Source of the DNA: Promethearchaeota archaeon Loki_b31
Lineage (GTDB): Archaea; Asgardarchaeota; Lokiarchaeia; Sigyniarchaeales; SOKP01
Assembly (NCBI GenBank): GCA_005222975.1
Contig: NJBI01000072.1
Location: 1-14,021, forward strand
Direction: 5' to 3'
Length of the DNA stretch: 14,021 nucleotides
The translations under genes and the position numbers were made by a program. The notes under the pieces are model-generated. The model saw nothing but the letters and a program-made list of their open reading frames with translations. It was not told where the DNA came from and searched no databases. Positions 1-7,002 of the stretch are shown here, one piece after another (the stretch's first letter is position 1; every line of letters starts with the position of its first letter).

Positions 1-707
1 AGGTCAACCTTCACCTTTATATCATCACCAAGCAGCGTATCAGTAGCTTCGACAACGATCACACCATTGCTCGTGTCGATGGATTTGACTTCACTCTTGG
101 TAAGAAAGGTCCCTTCATCTTCCTGAACACGTTTGTAGAAGTCTTCATACTGACCAGGGGTTCTTAGGTCTTTGTAAAAAATAAAGGCCTGTGAATCCGG
201 ATCCAGTTCTCTGCAATAAAGTGCCTGTTTCAAAGAGATCATGCAACATACGGAAGAACAGTAAGGAAGATGGTTTTCATCGCGTGATCCGGCACATTGG
301 ATAAAGGCAATCTTTCGGACCGGTTTACCATCTGAGGTAACGAGGGGTTCACCGGAAGACAACTTTTCTTCCATCTGTACATTGGTGATGATATGCGGTG
401 TCTTACCGACGTTAAGTTCGGTCAGCTTTGCCGGATCATAGGGTTTCCATCCGGTTGCTAACACTATACTACCAACTTTCACCTCGGATACTTTATCAGC
501 CTGCTTGATGCTAACTTCAAAAAGGCCCGGTTGGCCTGATATTTTTTCAACTTCTGCTGAAGTAAAGATATTTATTTTTTTATGATTCTGAACCTCTTTT
601 TCCAATTCAGGTATACCGGTGGGCATAAGTTCAACAAAAGGCTGTTTTTTAGGATATTGGGCATGCATTTTTTTAGCCCAGCCCCCTAACTCTTTCGCCT
701 GCTCAAC
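1..707 (-). CDS. Internal fragment of an HdrA/QmoB-like flavoprotein-FeS subunit; runs off the left edge and its own N-terminus is absent
   Basis: Manual minus-strand translation: VEQAKELGGWAKKM...VGSIVLATGWKPYD...IITNVQMEE...IAFIQCAGSRDENHLPYCSSVCCMISLKQA...FYKDLRTPGQYEDFYK...DTLLGDDIKVKVDL. The QCAGSRD-x-YCSxxCC motif is the HdrA/Qmo signature. ATGWKPYD and KDxRTPG resemble QmoB. It is missing from the ORF track because there is no stop in the window. Confidence 0.88.
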
Positions 708-866
708 ACTGCATCCTTCATGCACCATCTTACTAAGTGCGCCGATTACCCTGGTCGGGTCTTTGTGCTGAAAGGCGTTTCGGCCAATCGACAGGCCCGC
801 TGCACCTGCCTTTAAGGCGTCCTCGACCATTCTGAAGATGTCTTCGTCGGTATCCATCTTGGCGCC
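696..866 (-). CDS. C-terminal fragment of a DhnA-type class I aldolase (FBP aldolase / ADH synthase family), joined in frame to the HdrA/QmoB fragment
   Basis: GAKMDTDEDIFRMVEDALKAGAAGLSIGRNAFQHKDPTRVIGALSKMVHEGCSVEQA. The AGAxGxxxGRNxFQ motif followed by VH is the typical C-terminus of this family. Confidence 0.88.
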
Positions 867-965
867 GCGCCGCGGCACATTATCTTCGACACCGGTGCAG
901 GCAGAAGCAAACATGATGGCTAGTATAGCCAGGGAAGCCGAGAACGGTAGTTTTGGTCTAACCAT
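867..965 (-). CDS. N-terminal fragment of a probable lipoprotein (signal peptide II)
   Basis: ATG at 965-963 is preceded by AGGA. MVRPKLPFSASLAILAIMFASA-C(23)TGVEDN has a basic n-region, a hydrophobic h-region and an ASA-C lipobox-like site. Confidence 0.55.
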
Positions 966-1047
966 AGCTGTCCTATCTATCACTTCATCTCAGTAGCATC
1001 AGGTCGGCGTAACCAATCACCTGCTATTGTACGGTGGACTCCAGCAA

Positions 1048-1209
1048 CAGGTGACCGTGGAATTCGACCAAGACAGGTTTCGTCCGGCTGAGGTTCCTAT
1101 CTTACTGTCTAATACAGCTAAGATTCAGAAGCTCGGCTTCCAAATAGCCCACAGCCTCAAGGACATAATCGGCGACCAGTTGAACTACTATTTAGACCCC
1201 GCAAGGTAG
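1048..1209 (+). CDS. C-terminal fragment of a GDP-mannose 4,6-dehydratase-like extended SDR
   Basis: VEFDQDRFRPAEVPILLSNTAKIQKLG matches the DxxxxRPxEVxxLxxxxxK C-terminal motif of the Gmd family. No Rossmann N-terminus is present. The left boundary is approximate. Confidence 0.75.
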   Translation, partial: QVTVEFDQDRFRPAEVPILLSNTAKIQKLGFQIAHSLKDIIGDQLNYYLDPAR

Positions 1210-3434
1210 AGATTGATTACCAAGAAAGCACAGAAGAAACTAAAAAATTAACAAGCGAATTAAAAGAGATATTTAAAAATGAAGCACCTGAAATGCAAGA
1301 ATTTTCTGAGAAATTTATAGACATTTTCCTTACCCCAATTCCCGATGTGAAACGATTAGCGATGGATATTGAAGTTAAAGTGGGGGAAAGAGATTTTAGG
1401 ATTCCCGACCCTCGCCTTGCGGCCCAAGAAATAATTAGCATATCATTTGTGGCTTCTGATGGTTTAAAATTGGTGTATATGTTAGAACGTGAAGGTTTTA
1501 ATTTCAACAAACTCCATGAAAGTTTCCCCAACGATGCTAAATTATATTTCTTTAAAACCGAAAAGGAGTTGTTGGTTGAAAGCTTTAGAATTTTGTGGGA
1601 TTACCCTGTAGTTATTACTTTCAATGGAGATAATTTTGATTTAAGTTACATGTTTCACAGAGCAGAGAAATTAAAAATTGAGAGAGATTTAAATCCAATT
1701 CACGTAAAAAGAGGTTTTGGAATAATGTCGAAAGCAGAATGTGACTTAAGAAAAGGTGTTCACATTGATGTTTTTAACTTTTTCTTCAATAGAAGTATTT
1801 CTGGTTATGCCTTTAGCGGAGCTTATCAAAATGCTTCTTTAAATTCCATAAGTGCCGCGTTGTTAGGTGAAAAAAAATACGCACACGAAGAAGAAATACA
1901 TGACATGGAATATGGCGTCCTTGCTTGGTATAATCTTAAAGATTCAATATTAACACTTGAATTAACTAGGTTTAACAATTCATTAGTTTGGAATTTGATA
2001 ATATTATTATGCCGAATAACAAAAATGCCTATTCACGATATGATCCGCAGACAAATTTCAACCTGGATACAAAATATTTTCTATTTTGAACATCGTAGAA
2101 ATAATTTTCTAATTCCTCGACGTTCTGAAATAAAAAATGTAAAAAAAGGAGGTGAAATATCATTTAAATCTGATGGGCAAAAGATCCTAGCATCGAATGG
2201 TCAATTCACGGCTCCTGGTAATGATTTTGATGGACAAAAGTTTTTGGGTGCGTATGTTGTAGCCCCTGTCGCAGGAATTCACTATAATGTAGTTGTTATG
2301 GACTTTTCTTCTTTATATCCTTCTATCATAAAGGAATTTAATCTATCCTACGAAACTGTTCTCTGTCCTCATAAGGATGACGAAAAACACTTAGTAAAAG
2401 GAACCCCTTATCATATATGTACTCATAAAATGGGAATATTTGCTTATGTAGTTGGTTTTTTCCGAGATACTAGAGTAAAATACTTTAAACCGAAATCAGC
2501 TGATAAGAGTTTATCTCAAAAGCAGCGTAGTTATTACTATACAATCCAACAAGCGCTAAAAGTGTTCATTAACGCATCCTATGGTGTATTTGGTTCTCAA
2601 AACTTCCCCTTGTTTTGTTTACCTGTCGCAGAAAGTACAACGGGAATAGGACAATACTCCATAAAACAGACGATTATGAAAGCTGAACAATTAGGCGTAG
2701 AAGTTCTATATGGGGATACAGACTCTGTCTTTCTATCAAATCCATCTAAGTCTCAAATGAAGGAAATATCAGATTGGAGCAAAAAAGAATTAGACTTAGA
2801 TTTAGAAGAGGAAAAAACATACCAATTCTTAGCGCTCTCACAAAGAAAGAAAAATTATATTGGAATTTATAAAGACACTAAATACGTTGATATTAAAGGG
2901 TTAGTCGTTAAAAAGAAAAACACGCCAGAATTCATCAAAAAAGCTTTTAGCCAATTACTAGAAATTTTAAAACAGATTACTAATGATGATGAGTTTCAAC
3001 TAGCAAGGAAAGAAATTATCGCAATTGTCAAAGATAATCTAAAAAAGATTGGGAGCGGAGCTTTTGCTTTAGAAGATTACGCAATCAATATATCTCTAAA
3101 AAAACATCTGAAAGATTATACTAAAAGCGTTCCTCAGCACGTAAGAGCCGTCAATGCTTTTATTGAAAGAGAAATCAAAAAAGCTCAAGATAATAAGGCT
3201 AGTAAAAATGAAATAATCGCAATAAAAAACAGATATCAAAAAGGAGTCGTAGTACAATTCATAAAAAGCAAAGGACCTATTGGCGCTAAAGTAACGGAGC
3301 ATGCAAAACTTCAAGATATTAATTCTAAAAAATATCGCGAGTTGTTAAAATCTGCTTTAGAGCAGGTATTAGACGCTCTCGGTATATCTTTTGAGGAAAT
3401 CAAGGGCATTAAAAAGATGGATGCTTTTATTTAA
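1206..3434 (+). CDS. polB1: Family B DNA polymerase, archaeal PolB1 type; 5'-truncated
   Basis: Motifs: ExoI DIEV, ExoII FNGDNFD, ExoIII YNLKD, motif A DFSSLYPSII, motif B QQALKVFINASYG, motif C YGDTDS, KKNY, PQHV and a PIP-like tail KKMDAFI. RIPDP...IISISFVASDGLK is PolB1-like. The frame is open and host-like upstream of ATG 1293, back to about 1206 (VEIDYQESTEETKKL...), where it meets the foreign fragment. Confidence 0.92.
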   Translation, partial: VEIDYQESTEETKKLTSELKEIFKNEAPEMQEFSEKFIDIFLTPIPDVKRLAMDIEVKVGERDFRIPDPRLAAQEIISISFVASDGLKLVYMLEREGFNFNKLHESFPNDAKLYFFKTEKELLVESFRILWDYPVVITFNGDNFDLSYMFHRAEKLKIERDLNPIHVKRGFGIMSKAECDLRKGVHIDVFNFFFNRSISGYAFSGAYQNASLNSISAALLGEKKYAHEEEIHDMEYGVLAWYNLKDSILTLELTRFNNSLVWNLIILLCRITKMPIHDMIRRQISTWIQNIFYFEHRRNNFLIPRRSEIKNVKKGGEISFKSDGQKILASNGQFTAPGNDFDGQKFLGAYVVAPVAGIHYNVVVMDFSSLYPSIIKEFNLSYETVLCPHKDDEKHLVKGTPYHICTHKMGIFAYVVGFFRDTRVKYFKPKSADKSLSQKQRSYYYTIQQALKVFINASYGVFGSQNFPLFCLPVAESTTGIGQYSIKQTIMKAEQLGVEVLYGDTDSVFLSNPSKSQMKEISDWSKKELDLDLEEEKTYQFLALSQRKKNYIGIYKDTKYVDIKGLVVKKKNTPEFIKKAFSQLLEILKQITNDDEFQLARKEIIAIVKDNLKKIGSGAFALEDYAINISLKKHLKDYTKSVPQHVRAVNAFIEREIKKAQDNKASKNEIIAIKNRYQKGVVVQFIKSKGPIGAKVTEHAKLQDINSKKYRELLKSALEQVLDALGISFEEIKGIKKMDAFI

Positions 3435-3497
3435 AGTTAATATTGAATTATGATTAATTTTATTTTTAAAAGAGAAAAAGAAAAATTTATTTAATTA

Positions 3498-4775
3498 TTA
3501 CTTAATTTCAGCTAAATCTACGCCTTTAGTCTCCTTTATAAAAAAATATCCTAAGGGAATTATTCCAAGATTTGCTATTACAAAAATAAGAAAAGTAGCA
3601 CCTAAACCGAATACTAGAATGGCTAAGCTGCTCAATAATAATCCAATAGTTGTACCAAAAGCCCCTATTAGGCTTCTAAATCCGAGTCCAGTTCCTCTTT
3701 TATCAGTTGGCACCAATTCTAATGTAATGAGTCTAATCACCCCCCATAACCCCCAAAAAGAGATATGACTTAAAGCGTAGCCCATAAAGACAATTAGAAA
3801 CGCACTTTGAGGACTTATCGCGCCAAATACCCATATAATTACTGATATTGGCAATAAACATGTCCATAGGTATAATAATGGCTTCCTTCCAATCCTATCA
3901 GCTAGAAATCCGTTTATTAGGTATGCAATCATTACTGTGAATATTGTTAAAAAGAATATAATAGAAACCAGTGTCTGAGAAATTGTTCCTATATCAGCAA
4001 TATATTTTTCAAATAATCCAATGAATAGATTTGAAAACCCAAACAAAAAAGAAATGATTAACATTGTTATATAAGGTTTGTAATTATCTATTTGAAAAAG
4101 TGATTTTATATCTCCAATAAAGGTTCGAGATTTTTTTTCCTTATTTTCTTTCATTAACTGAAACTTTGAAGATTCTTTAAGAGTGAAATAAATTAAAAAG
4201 AATAATGGAATTCCTAAAATTATCGGAAATAAGGTCATTCCTCTCCAATTAGGGCTTACATCTGTTATAAAAATAAAACGACAGATTACCATTATTATAG
4301 CCCCTATTAATCCAGCCATTAATATGATATTTGAATTTAAAGCTCGTTTACTTGTTTTTGACTCTTCATTTATAATAATCAGCCAAATATCGCTCATAAA
4401 GAAAAAGTTCAAGAAAAACCCAAAAGATACATACATTACATAATTAACAGAGAAAAACATACCTAACGACGCGATGCTCATCCCAACAACGGTAATAGCC
4501 AACATTAATTTTCTACCAACAATATCTACTAAATATTGATTGAAAAAAAGAAAATACATTCCTATCGATGTTATGCTCCCTGCCAATGCTACAATAGAAT
4601 TAGCTTCATTTGTTGGCAATCCACCTAAAAATTCAGCCACAATCAAAGAAGGAATTGAACCGGGATAAATAGTACTATATGTATCAAGTATTTGAACGAG
4701 CATCAAGACAAATATTAGATATCTAAAGTAAGATTTTGAACTATTAATTAGATTTTCGTTATTTCTTTCAGTCAT
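3498..4775 (-). CDS. MFS transporter
   Basis: 425 aa with about 12 hydrophobic segments, motif A twice (LVDIVGRK; GFLADRIGRK), ELVPTDKRG and a terminal ETKG. Confidence 0.93.
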   Translation of the reverse strand: MTERNNENLINSSKSYFRYLIFVLMLVQILDTYSTIYPGSIPSLIVAEFLGGLPTNEANSIVALAGSITSIGMYFLFFNQYLVDIVGRKLMLAITVVGMSIASLGMFFSVNYVMYVSFGFFLNFFFMSDIWLIIINEESKTSKRALNSNIILMAGLIGAIIMVICRFIFITDVSPNWRGMTLFPIILGIPLFFLIYFTLKESSKFQLMKENKEKKSRTFIGDIKSLFQIDNYKPYITMLIISFLFGFSNLFIGLFEKYIADIGTISQTLVSIIFFLTIFTVMIAYLINGFLADRIGRKPLLYLWTCLLPISVIIWVFGAISPQSAFLIVFMGYALSHISFWGLWGVIRLITLELVPTDKRGTGLGFRSLIGAFGTTIGLLLSSLAILVFGLGATFLIFVIANLGIIPLGYFFIKETKGVDLAEIK

Positions 4776-4934
4776 CTTATCTCAAGTTTAATTGTCAATT
4801 CTATATTTTTTAAAATAAGTTGTTAAAAATATGAAATAGATTTGGTCATCTTTATTAATAAATGTATAGGATCAAAGTGTCCATCAAAATATTTTTCTCA
4901 AAAAATTAAAGCTTAATACCTACAAAAAATAGGA

Positions 4935-6017
4935 CTACAAAATAATGTAAAAGAATGTCATAATTATTCCGCAAAAAATAGGATTTAGAATATTATCGTC
5001 AATCTTTAAACTTAATAAATCGATTATTAAAAATACAATCCCACCACTTAAAGATATTACAATTACTTTAAAAGGCAATAAAGCAGGCTCAAACAAAAAT
5101 AACGCAAATAGGCTTACACCAAACGAAGCTAAAAACCCCGCCATATATCCAATTATGGTTTTATTGCTGTTTTTTGGGAAATGGTGCTTTCCAAAAGCTA
5201 CTCCTACAAGAGAGGCAAATCCGTCCCCTATACTAGTTATTAACGCAGCTGCAGCAAAAATTCCAAACGGTAGAAAAAGTAATGGCACCATAGATAAAAC
5301 TAAGATCACAGTTTTAGTAAACTCATAGATTTCATTACGCTTTAAAGCCTTTATTAACAGATTTGACAGGCAATCCGGTAATAGATGATATATGTTCCGA
5401 TTTTCAAATATATAAGATAAGCGAACAAAATCCAAAGCAGCAAATAACATTACACCCGTATAACCAATTGTCAGCATTAAAAACATTCCAAAATCATGCG
5501 CTGTAATGCCCCACACTTGATCTGCGTGCCATAACCCCTCCCATATGTGGACCGCAAAATTCCATAATATAATTATTACTCCAGCAGGAATTAAATGAAA
5601 TAATTTTCTGTGAAAATCGGTTCTCAAAGAATAGGATTTGTTGTTATTCTGCTTTACATTAGTTAATTCGTATTTTTCGAGAAATTTTGCGAGTGTGCGA
5701 TTTTGTTTGAGGTACGGTCTATCTTTTAACACGACACGATGCTGATACATTAATATAGAAAATATTAATAGGAGAGAATAAATACAAATAATACTCATGG
5801 AAAACGACTGATGAAATCTTACGTGTTCATTATCTTCCATATAAAAAAAGGGGTAAATAATTCCGGAAATAATCCATAATAAAACAACGATAAATGAATT
5901 GTAAAAATTATGCTCCTTAGGAAACCTTCTTTTTAATTTAATGGCGTAATATAATTGACTAAGTCCCATTACAATAAATAAAATCGTTATGGGTAATGTG
6001 ATTAAAGTAAAAACCAT
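4935..6017 (-). CDS. Dolichol/phytol kinase-like (CTP-dependent lipid kinase, Sec59/Dgk1/VTE5 superfamily) polytopic membrane protein with extra N-terminal TM helices
   Basis: Motifs RKLFHL, IGDGFASLVGVAFGK, KTIIG and IDDNIL. About three additional TM segments precede RKxxH. Confidence 0.82.
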   Translation of the reverse strand: MVFTLITLPITILFIVMGLSQLYYAIKLKRRFPKEHNFYNSFIVVLLWIISGIIYPFFYMEDNEHVRFHQSFSMSIICIYSLLLIFSILMYQHRVVLKDRPYLKQNRTLAKFLEKYELTNVKQNNNKSYSLRTDFHRKLFHLIPAGVIIILWNFAVHIWEGLWHADQVWGITAHDFGMFLMLTIGYTGVMLFAALDFVRLSYIFENRNIYHLLPDCLSNLLIKALKRNEIYEFTKTVILVLSMVPLLFLPFGIFAAAALITSIGDGFASLVGVAFGKHHFPKNSNKTIIGYMAGFLASFGVSLFALFLFEPALLPFKVIVISLSGGIVFLIIDLLSLKIDDNILNPIFCGIIMTFFYIIL

Positions 6018-6082
6018 AGTATTCTAAATAAAAAATATTCGATATAAAAAATAATTTGTGGAATAAGTTTAAGTTAATATTT

Positions 6083-6592
6083 TTATCCCCCTCCGATAGG
6101 AGGAAAAATTGCAAGAGTATCTTTATCTTTAATAACTAAATTTCTGTCGTATCGGGGTAAGCCATTAACCATGAAAATTAATTTCTTTTCCTCATTAGGA
6201 ATCTTTACTTTTTCCAAGACAGATTTAATTGTACTTCCTTCAGGAATTTCAATAACTGATTTAGGAACGCCGTATTTTCTTAAGTTTGCAAAGAGTTTAA
6301 CTGTTACGTAAATAGAATTAAGGTGGGGTATTTCGACGAACATTAACGCCATTTTCTTAGAGAACAAGCCTACCCGATCTCCATCTCTGACTTCTTTACC
6401 GGGTCCACAATACTGACCATTTACAAAAATATGACTAATTTCGTTACCTTCAATATTGAATTTGTCAAGAATATCGAGGACAGTATGTATCTCATTACCT
6501 TCAATGTTTAACGTAATAGGGAACCCTTTCTCTAAATCGGTATCTTTTACTTTTTCCCTCAAATTTCCGTATAACTTTATCAAAATCGACAT
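6083..6592 (-). CDS. Tandem MoaD/ThiS (SAMP-like) beta-grasp ubiquitin-like protein with C-terminal GGG
   Basis: Domain 1: IKLYGNLRE...TVLDIL...IFVNG...VRDGDRVGLF. Domain 2: VKLFANLRK...GSTIKSVL...FMVNG...IKDKDTLAIFPPIGGG-stop. Confidence 0.9.
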   Translation of the reverse strand: MSILIKLYGNLREKVKDTDLEKGFPITLNIEGNEIHTVLDILDKFNIEGNEISHIFVNGQYCGPGKEVRDGDRVGLFSKKMALMFVEIPHLNSIYVTVKLFANLRKYGVPKSVIEIPEGSTIKSVLEKVKIPNEEKKLIFMVNGLPRYDRNLVIKDKDTLAIFPPIGGG

Positions 6593-6695
6593 CTTATTAG
6601 CGTACCCATTAAAACAACAAGTAAAATAAGATAAAAATGTTATCTTTATGTTTTAAAAGAAAATAGTAAAAATAAAATTAAAAAATAAAACTTTT

Positions 6696-6983
6696 TTATA
6701 AGCCTAATAATAAAATTTGATCTATAAAATCATGAACTTTTTTCAAGTTCTCTTCTCCAAGCGATTTGTCTACTTGGATTTTTAGATCCAAAATTGTACT
6801 CAAAGCTTGTACTACTGTGTTTTGAACGGTGCTATTAAATTGACTCTTTTTTTGGTTTTGTTCCTTAAAATATTCCACTCGATTCAACATTGCGTCTTGA
6901 TATTCTTTTGCCATATTTGTTTTTAACGAGACTAGCTTACGTAGCTTTAACCCATCCTTAGTTTCAACAATTTCATCAACCAT
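6696..6983 (-). CDS. Hypothetical small alpha-helical protein, probably co-transcribed with tes
   Basis: 95-aa ORF starting 19 bp after the tes stop, with a strong AGGTGA SD 7 nt before the ATG. Confidence 0.8.
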   Translation of the reverse strand: MVDEIVETKDGLKLRKLVSLKTNMAKEYQDAMLNRVEYFKEQNQKKSQFNSTVQNTVVQALSTILDLKIQVDKSLGEENLKKVHDFIDQILLLGL

Positions 6984-6990
6984 CTTTTTG

Positions 6991-6996
6991 TCACCT
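6991..6996 (-). promoter_or_regulatory. Archaeal Shine-Dalgarno AGGTGA for the 95-aa ORF
   Basis: The minus strand reads AGGTGA-CAAAAAG-ATG. Confidence 0.75.
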
Positions 6997-7002
6997 AGTT
7001 TT

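Noticed and set aside
1-707. QmoB/HdrA as evidence of sulfate reduction in the host archaeon
   Set aside because: The fragment lies in the chimeric, compositionally distinct segment and cannot be assigned to the host.
1017-1054. 7-bp inverted repeat TCACCTG/CAGGTGA near a junction as mobile-element ends
   Set aside because: It is too short, with no target duplication or transposase.
1027-1209. 60-aa ORF as a standalone small protein
   Set aside because: It is a Gmd C-terminal fragment, and the TTG start appears to come from the neighbouring fragment.
1217-3314. Antisense ORFs 1217-1531 and 3096-3314
   Set aside because: They are shadows of polB1 with no recognisable motifs.
6628-6646. Inverted repeat AAGATAA-N5-TTATCTT upstream of the Ubl gene
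   Set aside because: It is short, AT-rich and I saw no second copy, so it is insufficient to call an operator.
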